From contig JAJFGZ010000036.1 in the NCBI GenBank assembly GCA_021775855.1, forward strand, positions 330-64,329: a stretch of DNA of 64,000 nt. The letters are read 5' to 3'. The first letter of the stretch is position 1. Each line of letters begins with the position of its first letter. The notes under the pieces were generated by a model that saw nothing but the letters and a program-made list of their open reading frames with translations, was not told where the DNA came from and made no database searches. The stretch comes from Hyphomicrobiales bacterium. GTDB lineage: Bacteria; Pseudomonadota; Alphaproteobacteria; Rhizobiales; NORP267. Position numbers and translations under genes: made by a program. Of this stretch, positions 18,716 to 26,851 are shown in pieces.

Positions 18716-19621
18716 TTGTCGGATCTGAATGCATTAATGATTTTTGCCCGGGTGGCCGACGCCAATAGCTTCTCGGAAGCAGCACGGCGTCTGGGCATGG
18801 CGATATCCACGGTCAGCCGGAAAGTCGCGGAACTGGAAGACCAACTCGGGGTGCGGTTGCTCGAACGCTCGACCAGGCGTTTGCGGCTCACCGATGTAGG
18901 AGCGGAAATTCTCGAGCACGCCCAGCGCAGCGTTGAACTGAGCGAAGCCGTTGAAAGTCTGATCTCCAACCAGCTCGTGGAAGTGAAGGGGACACTCCGC
19001 CTGTCCGCGCCACCCAGCATCGCCGACACGGTGCTTGTGCCGCTGACAACGGCCTTCCAGGCCTCCTACCCCGAAGTGCGGGTACATATACTTGTAACCG
19101 ATCGATTCGTGGATCATATCGCCGAGGGGATTGATCTGGTTTTCCGTGTCGGACAGCTTCCGGACTCAAATCTGGTCGCCAAAAAAATATTGCGGTACCG
19201 CCATCAATTGGTTGCCAGTCCTCGATATCTCGAGAAGGGCGAAATCCCGACTGATCCCAGCGACCTCTTGGCCCATCGCCTCCTCGCATTCTCGTCCTTG
19301 ACACCGCAGACCAGCTGGAAATTTATTTGCGACAATCGCCAAAAATCCATCACCTTTTTCCCCTATCTCGCGATGAACGACTATACCGGGCTCGCGAAAG
19401 CCCTGGTCTCCGGCGCGGGGATCGGGATCCTGCCGCCGATCGTCAGCCCGGACCTTTTGAAATCCGGGAAACTCGTCGAGGCCATGCCGGACTGGCACTT
19501 TGAAAGCGTAGATATATCGGTTGTCCATCTCGGCAACCGGCATATCGCGCGGGCGGTGCGGTTGTTCATGGATTTCGCTGCAAAAATGGCCCCGAACCTG
19601 TTTGAAGACCTGCCGGTCTGA
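18716..19621 (+). CDS. LysR family transcriptional regulator
   Basis: 301 aa with a TTG start. N-terminal wHTH LNALMIFARVADANSFSEAARRLGMAISTVSRKVAELEDQLGVRLLERSTRRLRLT plus a LysR substrate-binding domain. Confidence 0.92.
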   Translation: MSDLNALMIFARVADANSFSEAARRLGMAISTVSRKVAELEDQLGVRLLERSTRRLRLTDVGAEILEHAQRSVELSEAVESLISNQLVEVKGTLRLSAPPSIADTVLVPLTTAFQASYPEVRVHILVTDRFVDHIAEGIDLVFRVGQLPDSNLVAKKILRYRHQLVASPRYLEKGEIPTDPSDLLAHRLLAFSSLTPQTSWKFICDNRQKSITFFPYLAMNDYTGLAKALVSGAGIGILPPIVSPDLLKSGKLVEAMPDWHFESVDISVVHLGNRHIARAVRLFMDFAAKMAPNLFEDLPV

Positions 19622-19722
19622 AGGGCCTGTTTTCGTGAATGCGGTTGCGAATATGGTGGGCGTGTCAGGCTTGATCGAGCGCCTTCACAAAGCTCCGCGC
19701 AGCAAACTCTGCCAGTAAAATC

Positions 19723-20886
19723 CTAAATCGACCAGCCTTGGCGCACGCGTTCCCGGATATCGGCCAGGCGCCCGAGTGGCTCGTTTGCGAACACGAATCG
19801 AAGATATCGTCCCGCAAGATCATCGGCGCCCCACCCTGTCATGGGGGTTGCGGCAACGCGGCCCTTGTCGAAAAGACGCCGTGAAGCTTCACCAGGATCC
19901 ATCCCCAAAGCATCCGTATCGGTGAGCAGCGACCATCCCCCATCCGGGCGCGCCACTGGAAGATCCGACATTTCGGATAAAATGAAATCACGTCGCTTCT
20001 TCCATTCAGCGGTTGCTTCTGCTACGCCGTCATTTTCGGCGCTCAACGCAGCAGCGGCGCCGGGCATGGCGATACCAACCTGGCAAACGACATTAGTGAG
20101 ACTGACCAGACCGATATCATCCATGATTTTTCTTGGCCCGACGATCCAACCAACCCTCCATCCAATCATCCGGTATTCTTTCGATACGCTACCGATGGTG
20201 ATTGTCCGATCCGCCAGGCCGTCAAGGCTGGCCGGGTGGATTACGGGTTCTTCCGTGTAAACAATGCGCTCCATCGCTGCGTCATGAACCAGCCACGCAT
20301 CAGCACGCAGAACAATGTCGGTAATCACCGCCCACTCCGCGACCGAATGCACAATCCCGCTCGGCATTGAGGGGCTCATGGTCAGCACCGCCCGCGTGCG
20401 GTTACTTACCGCAGACCGGAGCGCTTCAAGATCAAGCCGCCAAGCTCCGCCAATTACGCGAAGCGGAACCAGCTTGGGAACTCCGCCCGCCAGGCGGATA
20501 CGGTTTAGCAGCCCCGCATAGGCGGGATCGGTGATGAGAACTTCATCACCGGGCTCAAGGATGGCCAGCAAAACGTTGAGTACGCCCGACAAGCCGCCAG
20601 CGGATATAATACATTGCGCTTCGGGATCATACGGAACGCCAGCCGATGCAGAAACCCGAGCGGCGGCGGCGCGGCGTAAATCGTGGATACCGAGAAAGGG
20701 AAGGTAGCTGTTGGAAGCGTCTCGCGTAATCGAGGCAACCGTTGCCTCGATAGCTTCCCTGGGCGGTGCAATGTCGGTGTCAAGATTTTCGAGACGCAAC
20801 ATCTCACCGCTACCCATCGCGTCGGCGGCATTGCCCATCTTGTCGACACCAATCCCGGGGATAGAAGCCAATCGTGATACGGACAT
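19723..20886 (-). CDS. PLP-dependent aminotransferase, class I/II
   Basis: 387 aa. PLP-lysine block GSVSKEYRMIGWRVGW. Fold-type I length and layout. Confidence 0.88.
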   Translation of the reverse strand: MSVSRLASIPGIGVDKMGNAADAMGSGEMLRLENLDTDIAPPREAIEATVASITRDASNSYLPFLGIHDLRRAAAARVSASAGVPYDPEAQCIISAGGLSGVLNVLLAILEPGDEVLITDPAYAGLLNRIRLAGGVPKLVPLRVIGGAWRLDLEALRSAVSNRTRAVLTMSPSMPSGIVHSVAEWAVITDIVLRADAWLVHDAAMERIVYTEEPVIHPASLDGLADRTITIGSVSKEYRMIGWRVGWIVGPRKIMDDIGLVSLTNVVCQVGIAMPGAAAALSAENDGVAEATAEWKKRRDFILSEMSDLPVARPDGGWSLLTDTDALGMDPGEASRRLFDKGRVAATPMTGWGADDLAGRYLRFVFANEPLGRLADIRERVRQGWSI

Positions 20887-20900
20887 GTGATTCTCTTAAA

Positions 20901-20929
20901 TTGGATACAATTTATAATTTTGGATACAA
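20901..20929. promoter_or_regulatory. Two direct copies of TTGGATACAA (19 bp start-to-start) in the aminotransferase/GntR divergent region; candidate operator
   Basis: Copies read directly at 20901-20910 and 20920-20929. Confidence 0.3.
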
Positions 20930-20971
20930 AAACATATGCTACATGTCAACGAACCAATAGAAAGGTGATGC

Positions 20972-21658
20972 ATGGCACAGGAATTCGGCGCCAGCGGACG
21001 CGATCATTCTCCTCGCACAGGTGACCAGGCCCAACACCTGATCAACGAGCTGCGAGACGCCATTATCTCGGGCACGCTAGCGCCAGGGGAAACGTTGCGC
21101 CAAGATGCGATAGCAGAACGATACAAGACCAGCAGGATGCCTGTCCGCGAAGCGCTTCGGGCGCTTGAAGCAGAAGCGTTGATTCAACTCGTACCAAATA
21201 AGGGAGCGACGGTCGCGCCACTGGATATCTCCGAGCTGCAAGAAATATACGAGATGCGGGTTTCGGCCGAGACCCTGGCTCTGCGTCTTTCCCTCCCCGA
21301 AATTTCAAACGCGCAAATCGATCGGGCTACAAAAATTCAGGACGAAATCGACCGCGTGGATTTGGAAAAATTTGGCAAATTAAACAAGGCTTTTCATTCG
21401 GCATTGTACCAGCCTTGCGGGCGCAAGCGTCTGCTTGGGCATATTGCCGGCCTGAATGACGTGGCGGACCGTTATCTCAGCTTCACAGTCAAGGCCCTCA
21501 GCTATATGGAGCGATCCAATTCAGACCATAGGGCATTGCTCGACGCATGCCTGCGCCGCGACGAATCCGAAGCAACTGCCATTTTGACCGCCCACATCGA
21601 AGATGCAGGTCAGGCCTTGCAAAAATACTTAAGCGATAAATGGCAACATTCGAGCTGA
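20972..21658 (+). CDS. GntR family transcriptional regulator (FadR/FCD subfamily)
   Basis: 228 aa. wHTH LRQDAIAERYKTSRMPVREALRALEAEALIQLVPNKGATV. Helical FCD-type C-terminal domain. Confidence 0.9.
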   Translation: MAQEFGASGRDHSPRTGDQAQHLINELRDAIISGTLAPGETLRQDAIAERYKTSRMPVREALRALEAEALIQLVPNKGATVAPLDISELQEIYEMRVSAETLALRLSLPEISNAQIDRATKIQDEIDRVDLEKFGKLNKAFHSALYQPCGRKRLLGHIAGLNDVADRYLSFTVKALSYMERSNSDHRALLDACLRRDESEATAILTAHIEDAGQALQKYLSDKWQHSS

Positions 21659-21685
21659 TAACCCGCAAGGATATCAAAGAACGAG

Positions 21686-21760
21686 ATGGTGGGCGTGGCT
21701 GGGCTTGAACCAGCGACCCCTACGATGTCACCGTAGTGCTCTCCCACTGAGCTACACGCC
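21686..21760 (-). tRNA. tRNA-Val (anticodon GAC)
   Basis: Folded by hand from the reverse complement: GGGCGTG TA GCTC AGTGGGA GAGC A CTACG GTGACAT CGTAG GGGTC GCTGG TTCAAGC CCAGC CACGCCC A CCA. All four stems are fully paired, CCA is encoded, and the length is 75 nt. Confidence 0.9.
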
Positions 21761-21854
21761 CATCTCCCAGGAGATATACCGGCACAATGTGCCACGAGAG
21801 GCGTATATCGGCAATGGGATTGGCGTGCAAGACCCCGATTTCAAGTCTGATAAG

Positions 21855-22229
21855 TCAGGCGGCGAGCATCCGCTCCACTTCGTTGACCAGGTCTTTGAGG
21901 TGGAACGGCTTGGAGAGGACCTTGGCATCCTTCGGCGCATTTGAATCGGGGTTCAGCGCTACAGCCGCAAAGCCGGTGATGAACATGACCTTCATATCCG
22001 GGTCAAGCTCGGTCGCCTTGCGGGCCAATTCAATCCCATCCATTTCCGGCATGACGATATCGGTGAGCAGCAGCGTAAATGGTTCTTCGCGCAAGCGATC
22101 GTATGCGCTTTGGCCGTTGTCAAAGGAGATGACGTCGTACCCAGCACTGCTCAAAGCCTTGACGAGAAATTGACGCATATCATTGTCGTCTTCAGCAAGA
22201 AGAATGCGCCCTAGGGCCGTTTTTTCCAT
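21855..22229 (-). CDS. cpdR: Single-domain response regulator, CpdR-like
   Basis: 124 aa. ILLAEDDNDMRQFLVKALSSAGYDV...LLLTDIVMPEMDGIELARKATELDPDMKVMFITGFAAVAL closely resembles Caulobacter/Rhizobiales CpdR. Confidence 0.85.
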   Translation of the reverse strand: MEKTALGRILLAEDDNDMRQFLVKALSSAGYDVISFDNGQSAYDRLREEPFTLLLTDIVMPEMDGIELARKATELDPDMKVMFITGFAAVALNPDSNAPKDAKVLSKPFHLKDLVNEVERMLAA

Positions 22230-22420
22230 TTTTTTCCTGTCCTCGAATCAAAACCGGAATTCACTATCATCAGCATTTGTGACGGAAAGAAGTAAATACG
22301 CTGTGAAACCCGGCCTTGGCAACTTGATCATGGACAGGAGGGTTAACTCGAGACTAAGCTCAAGCTGCCTGTATCCGGCACATCGACGTCACGCAACAAC
22401 GCAATTCCAGGAGGCGGATT

Positions 22421-23308
22421 TTGGGGAAGCCGCGGGAACTTTGGAGACCGGCTTTTGAGCTGATGATGCCGGAAAAATTTACCGGCCCGTTCCTGTTCAG
22501 CTCGCCACATAGTGGCCGCAGCTACCCGCGTCCGTTTCTTGAATTATCAAAACTTGATGCTCTGACGCTCAGAAAATCCGAGGATTTTCATGTAGATATC
22601 CTGTTCGAGGGTGTGAAGAACATGGGGGCGGCACTGCTCCGGGCAATGTTCCCGCGTGCCTATCTGGACGTCAACCGCGAGCCCTACGAGCTGGATCCGA
22701 AAATGTTTGCGCAAGCCCTGCCGCCTTTTGCAAATACCGGATCATTGCGGGTCGCAGGCGGGCTCGGCACGGTTGCGAGGATCGTCGCCGATTCCCACGA
22801 AATTTACCACGAACCCCTCAACGTATCCGACGCGATCGGGCGGATCGAGCAATTATACATGCCCTATCACCGCGCCCTGGACCATTGCCTCAAGGCCATG
22901 CACCGGGCGTTGGGTGCGGCGATCCTCGTCGATTGCCACTCGATGCCCTCGATGGCGCTTCAGGATGAGGTTCTCATGCGCCCGGATTTTATCGTCGGCG
23001 ACCGGTACGGAACCTCGTGCGACAGCGCGCTCAGCGACATCGCCCAGTCCCTCCTGGAAGGCATGGGGTACAATGTGCAACGCAACAAACCCTATGCCGG
23101 CGGCTTTATTACCGAACGCTATGGCAACCCCGCAAACGGTTACCACGCCTTGCAGATAGAGGTGAACCGCGGCCTCTATATGGACGAGGAGAGGATGGTC
23201 CAGACCACAGGGTTTAAACGTATAAAGAAGGATTTGGAGAAATTTGCGGCTGATTTTATGGCTGAAGCAGTCCAGATCATCAAGCCAAGACGCATCGCTG
23301 CCGAGTAG
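22421..23308 (+). CDS. N-formylglutamate amidohydrolase family protein (paralog 2)
   Basis: 295 aa. The TTG start at 22421 is preceded by AGGAGG with 6-nt spacing. An alternative start, ATGATG, lies at 22463. FGase blocks: FLFSSPHSGR..., YLDVNREPYELD and LVDCHSMP. Confidence 0.82.
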   Translation: MGKPRELWRPAFELMMPEKFTGPFLFSSPHSGRSYPRPFLELSKLDALTLRKSEDFHVDILFEGVKNMGAALLRAMFPRAYLDVNREPYELDPKMFAQALPPFANTGSLRVAGGLGTVARIVADSHEIYHEPLNVSDAIGRIEQLYMPYHRALDHCLKAMHRALGAAILVDCHSMPSMALQDEVLMRPDFIVGDRYGTSCDSALSDIAQSLLEGMGYNVQRNKPYAGGFITERYGNPANGYHALQIEVNRGLYMDEERMVQTTGFKRIKKDLEKFAADFMAEAVQIIKPRRIAAE

Positions 23309-23312
23309 CAGA

Positions 23313-23346
23313 TAAAAAAAAGGGCCGCACGCAAAAGCGGCGGCCC
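23313..23346 (-). terminator. Rho-independent terminator on the minus strand with no protein gene upstream of it
   Basis: The plus strand reads aaaaaaaaGGGCCGCacgcaaaagcgGCGGCCC. On the minus strand this is a 7-bp GC stem followed by T8. Confidence 0.7.
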
Positions 23347-23408
23347 AGGTCAAGGGAGGAAACGCCCAATATTTGGGCTGCGGGATCGCGAGGGGTTGCG
23401 ATACCGCA
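23313..23408 (-). ncRNA. Candidate small RNA (about 95 nt) with C-rich anti-SD-like motifs and its own intrinsic terminator
   Basis: The minus strand has a possible promoter TTGTAT-N17-TATTTT (23443..23415). Hairpin 1 is UGCGG-U-AUCGC[AACCCCUC]GCGAU-C-CCGCA. Hairpin 2 is GCCCAA[AUA]UUGGGC. A single-stranded stretch GUUUCCUCCCUUGACC follows, then the terminator GGGCCGC..GCGGCCC plus U8. No credible ORF ends before the terminator. Confidence 0.45.
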
Positions 23409-23620
23409 ATGCACAAAATATGTGATGCGCTGCACAAATACAACCCTCGGGTAAAAATAAATTCCGTTCTTCACGATCGTTAATTATTGGGCGCAACAGC
23501 AAGTTGTGCTGGCAATAATCTTTAGGCTCCCACCGCCCGCCCCGTTGCCGTCATCTTGCGCCGGGTCAAACAGCGGGCTAAACCCTCAAACGTCTTACGT
23601 TATGATTGTCCGGCATCGAT

Positions 23621-24415
23621 ATGAACCAAAGCGACCTCTCTACTTTCAGGGATTTTGCGCTCGTTTGCGCCAGCGCCGCAGCGGCGGCAATCATGCCCCA
23701 TTTTCGTCAACGGATGGATATCGAGGACAAAGGAGGCAGTCACGGATTTGATCCGGTCACAGTCGCCGATCGGACCGCCGAGCAGGCCATCCGTGCCCTG
23801 ATCGAAACCCACCATGCCGATCACGGCATCGAAGGCGAAGAATTCGGCCTGGTGCGGGCCGATGCCAAATATCGGTGGGTAATCGATCCGATCGATGGCA
23901 CCAAGTCGTTTATGGCCGGGTTACCCGGATGGGGAATTCTGATCGCCCTGCTTGAGGACGACCTTCCTGTTCTTGGCGTCATGCACCAGCCGTTTATCGG
24001 GGAGACGTTCGAAGGCGATGGCCACCACGCCTCCTATGCCGGACGCCTGGGCCGTTACCGGTTGAGGACCAGCGGCTGCACATCTGTCGAAGAAGCTATT
24101 CTCACGACGACCAGTCCGCAATTGCTGGGCCCCGCCGAAAACATTGCCCGGTTCCACGCCGTTGAATCGCATGTGAAACTGTCGCGCTATGGCGGCGATT
24201 GTTACGGCTATTGCATGTTGGCAGCTGGGCATATCGATCTTGTAATCGAAGCCGGGCTCAACCGGTACGATATCGCCGCGCTGATTCCGATCGTAGAGGG
24301 CGCGGGTGGCGTTGTGACCGACTGGTCCGGAGGAAGCGCCCTCAACGGCGCCACCGTAATCGCCGCCGCGACCCCCGCGTTGCACAGTCAGGCAATTGCA
24401 TTGCTCGAAAACTAA
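23621..24415 (+). CDS. Inositol monophosphatase family protein (HisN-type histidinol-phosphatase or SuhB-like)
   Basis: ORF 23606..24415 opens with a TTG. The first ATG gives MNQSDLSTFRDF at 23621. IMPase motifs: VTVADRTAEQAI, EEFG and WVIDPIDGTKSF. Confidence 0.88.
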   Translation: MNQSDLSTFRDFALVCASAAAAAIMPHFRQRMDIEDKGGSHGFDPVTVADRTAEQAIRALIETHHADHGIEGEEFGLVRADAKYRWVIDPIDGTKSFMAGLPGWGILIALLEDDLPVLGVMHQPFIGETFEGDGHHASYAGRLGRYRLRTSGCTSVEEAILTTTSPQLLGPAENIARFHAVESHVKLSRYGGDCYGYCMLAAGHIDLVIEAGLNRYDIAALIPIVEGAGGVVTDWSGGSALNGATVIAAATPALHSQAIALLEN

Positions 24416-25380
24416 TTCCGCTCCGGCATATCGAAGAGCGGGGTGCCGGGGATAAAAACGTCGAAGGCGGCCCAGAATTGTTCGCGGAAGTAATCCCGCT
24501 CCATAAGAATTTCGTGGCGCGATCCGGGGATCAGCATGAATGAGCCAGCGCGCATTTCCGACGCCAGTTTTTCGATCGCCACCGGCGACACGATCCGGTC
24601 CTGGCCGGCCCCGAACATCAACAGCGGTACGTGTATGCTTTCCGGAAAAGTAGATTCGCCAGGCACCGCCATGGCACGATTGGCGGCGTATAACCACTGG
24701 ATCGTTGGCGACCCCAACCCCAGTCCCGGATTAGCTTCTATAATTCCACAGGCGCGCGCCAACCGCATTTCGTCGGAAGTCAACCGGTTCCCGGCAAAAG
24801 GCCGGCACTCGATGGGTGTATCCCCACCCCCCGGAACATGGTTGCCGCCAAATCCGAGATAGGTCGCGATCTCAACCAATCGACGCCCCAGCGCCATAGC
24901 GCCCGACGGGATCATCAATTTGACCATCGGCGACACCAGTACGATCCGGTCGAACCAGCAATCGCGGAGCCGCGCCGCCCGCAGCAAGATGTTGCCGCCC
25001 ATGGAATGGGCCAGGCCAAAATAGGGCGCCGGGCTGTCCGGTAGAACAATCTCCACCATAAACCGGCGCAGATCATCGTCGTACTGCGCGAAATCGTCCA
25101 CATACCCTTTACGCGGGTTGGCAAGCTCGCGGTCGGATCCACCCTGCCCGCGCCAATCCATCGCGGCAACCGCGAAACCGCGCGAACGCAACTCTTCGAT
25201 GACCTCAAAATACTTTTCGATATATTCCCCGCGGCCCGGAAAAACACACACCGTGCCTTTCAGGCGGTTACCCGTTTGCGCCCAACGCGCGAAGCGGATT
25301 CGCAACCCTTCGACACCAATGAAATGGCCGACAACGGCGCCGGGTGGAATCGGATTGGATTCGGAGGCATAAAGTTCCAT
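24412..25380 (-). CDS. Alpha/beta hydrolase (lysophospholipase/monoacylglycerol-lipase-like)
   Basis: 322 aa. Nucleophile elbow GLAHSMGG and a C-terminal ...GSRHEIL... histidine block. Confidence 0.85.
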   Translation of the reverse strand: MELYASESNPIPPGAVVGHFIGVEGLRIRFARWAQTGNRLKGTVCVFPGRGEYIEKYFEVIEELRSRGFAVAAMDWRGQGGSDRELANPRKGYVDDFAQYDDDLRRFMVEIVLPDSPAPYFGLAHSMGGNILLRAARLRDCWFDRIVLVSPMVKLMIPSGAMALGRRLVEIATYLGFGGNHVPGGGDTPIECRPFAGNRLTSDEMRLARACGIIEANPGLGLGSPTIQWLYAANRAMAVPGESTFPESIHVPLLMFGAGQDRIVSPVAIEKLASEMRAGSFMLIPGSRHEILMERDYFREQFWAAFDVFIPGTPLFDMPERN

Positions 25381-25496
25381 ACCGGAACCATCCAGACCAG
25401 GGTGAGATCAATATACGGCCGCTCGGAAGCCGCCACGGCTGGCCCGCCTTATACCAGCCTTTCCGCTACACTCAACATCATCATGCGGAAGCCGGT

Positions 25497-25528
25497 AGAA
25501 AAAAGCTGGCCCGCATTGCGGACCAGCT
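25497..25528 (-). terminator. Rho-independent terminator downstream of the 145-aa secreted orphan
   Basis: The minus strand reads AGCTGGTCCGC-AAT-GCGGGCCAGCT followed by TTTTTTCT, about 25 nt after the stop at 25552. Confidence 0.7.
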
Positions 25529-25551
25529 TGAGGAGTTAGACGGTGCAGGGC

Positions 25552-25989
25552 CTAGAACCGGAAATAAATTCCGCTTCCGCGGTTGCGGTAAGGATTACTG
25601 TTGCGGTGAGGCTGGTGGTACCCGCGAACCTGGACCACGCTGCGGGAAAGAATTCTGGGTTGGTACGGGTCAACACGCAGATTTTCCAGACGGCCAAACC
25701 GCCAGGCCTGTACAATGTAGGCGCCAGGCACGTACGAAATGCTCTCGATCTGGTTGTAATCGCAACTGCGCAGGAAGTAGCGGATTTCATATTCAGACAA
25801 CATGGTCGCCTGGTACCTGGTGTGGACCTGGATATATGACGGGTTGACGGTGGGTGTAACGGTACGGAAATCGGATGCATTGGCGGCCGGCGTTGCCGCG
25901 ATCGCAGCGGCAGCAATGGCACCTGCGGCGAGCAGAACACGAGCACCGCGGCTATTAAATTTTCCGGTAGTCGAATGTGTATTGGTCAT
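25552..25989 (-). CDS. Hypothetical secreted protein (no family recognised)
   Basis: 145 aa. Signal peptide ...RVLLAAGAIAAAAIAATPAANA/SD. The C-terminus is basic and aromatic (RGYHQPHRNSNPYRNRGSGIYFRF). It has its own terminator, which supports expression. Confidence 0.6.
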   Translation of the reverse strand: MTNTHSTTGKFNSRGARVLLAAGAIAAAAIAATPAANASDFRTVTPTVNPSYIQVHTRYQATMLSEYEIRYFLRSCDYNQIESISYVPGAYIVQAWRFGRLENLRVDPYQPRILSRSVVQVRGYHQPHRNSNPYRNRGSGIYFRF

Positions 25990-26167
25990 GTCGGTCTCCT
26001 TGCGGTTTGGCTCTCATTTGCCGCTGGAGGCGATGTCACAACCAGCGATCCTCACCAATATGGTCGACCCGGCATGAACCCGAACGGAAGCCGCCATTCA
26101 CGATGCATTCAGGAAACTAATTTGCGGAGAAATATTTTAAACTGAATATTTTCAATATCTTAAGGCT

Positions 26168-26195
26168 CTTGAAACGGAAGAAATATTTCCTACAT
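26168..26195 (+). promoter_or_regulatory. RpoH (sigma-32)-type heat-shock promoter upstream of hsp20
   Basis: CTTGAAA-...-CCTACAT, that is CTTG-N17-CCTACAT, against the alphaproteobacterial consensus CTTG-N17-CYTATNT (one mismatch). Confidence 0.5.
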
Positions 26196-26202
26196 TTAAT
26201 GC

Positions 26203-26290
26203 GTACGCGCCAATGATGGGCGTACCGTTCCTGGTCTGGCTGTATTCCGGCAGACCGACTTCATGTTGCTCCCAAGGAGGATATGCAATG
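26203..26290 (+). promoter_or_regulatory. ROSE-like RNA thermometer in the hsp20 5' UTR
   Basis: Three consecutive hairpins. The first is GTACGC..GCGTAC (26203-26225). The second is GGTCTG..CAGACC (26233-26256). The third, UUGCUCC-CAA-GGAGGA (26266-26281), pairs the UUGCU motif with the SD and leaves an internal G-G and U-U opposition; the AUG is at 26288. Confidence 0.5.
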
Positions 26291-26752
26291 CGTCAATTTG
26301 ATTTAACCCCCCTCTACCGTTCCACAGTCGGCTACGACCGACTCTTCAACGTCCTGGACAATGTTACCGGTGGCGAGAACCTCAATTCCGGTTACCCGCC
26401 CTATAATATTGAACGGCTCGGCGAGAACGAATACCGCATCACCATGGCGGTTGCCGGTTTCTCGGAAGACGATCTTGATATCGAAAGCCGCGAGAATACC
26501 ATGACCGTCAAAGGCAACAAGATGGGTGACGGAAACGAGGCCACCGAAGATCGCTTCATGCACCAGGGCATCGCCGCCCGGGCGTTCGAGCGGCGTTTTC
26601 AGCTAGCTGATCATGTAGAGGCAACCGGTGCGCGGATCGAAAACGGTCTGCTGCATATCGAGCTGAAACGTGAGCTCCCCGAGGCCATGAAGCCCCGCAC
26701 GATCAAGATTGGGACCTCAGGCCAAAAGAAGATCAGCCGCAAAGCCGCCTGA
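26288..26752 (+). CDS. Small heat-shock protein, Hsp20/IbpA family
   Basis: ORF 26213..26752, with a likely start at MRQFDLTPLYRSTVGYDRLF (26288) preceded by AAGGAGG. Alpha-crystallin domain (PPYNIERLGENEYRITMAVAGFSEDDLDIE...). Confidence 0.92.
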   Translation: MRQFDLTPLYRSTVGYDRLFNVLDNVTGGENLNSGYPPYNIERLGENEYRITMAVAGFSEDDLDIESRENTMTVKGNKMGDGNEATEDRFMHQGIAARAFERRFQLADHVEATGARIENGLLHIELKRELPEAMKPRTIKIGTSGQKKISRKAA

Positions 26753-26774
26753 TCCCGACAATCTGGAACAGTGA

Positions 26775-26810
26775 GGCGTCCCGGGCTTGATGTCCGGGGC
26801 GCCTTGTTTG
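26775..26810 (+). terminator. Rho-independent terminator of hsp20
   Basis: GGCGTCCCGGGC-TTGAT-GTCCGGGGCGCC followed by TTGTTTG, 23 nt after the stop. Confidence 0.7.
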
Positions 26811-26851
26811 CGTGATAAAAATTTGCGGAAATCTCCCAGGTCAGGAACCGA

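Noticed and set aside
21686-21760. tRNA-Val as the attachment site of a genomic island.
   Set aside because: No integrase, recombinase or phage gene lies on either side. By eye I found no direct repeat of the tRNA 3' end. The flanking genes (GntR, cpdR) are conserved core genes.
23280-23474. The 64-aa minus-strand ORF (GTG start) in the FGase/IMPase spacer as a small protein gene.
   Set aside because: It reads straight through the strong intrinsic terminator hairpin and T-tract at 23313-23346. It has no SD. The region is better explained as a non-coding RNA.
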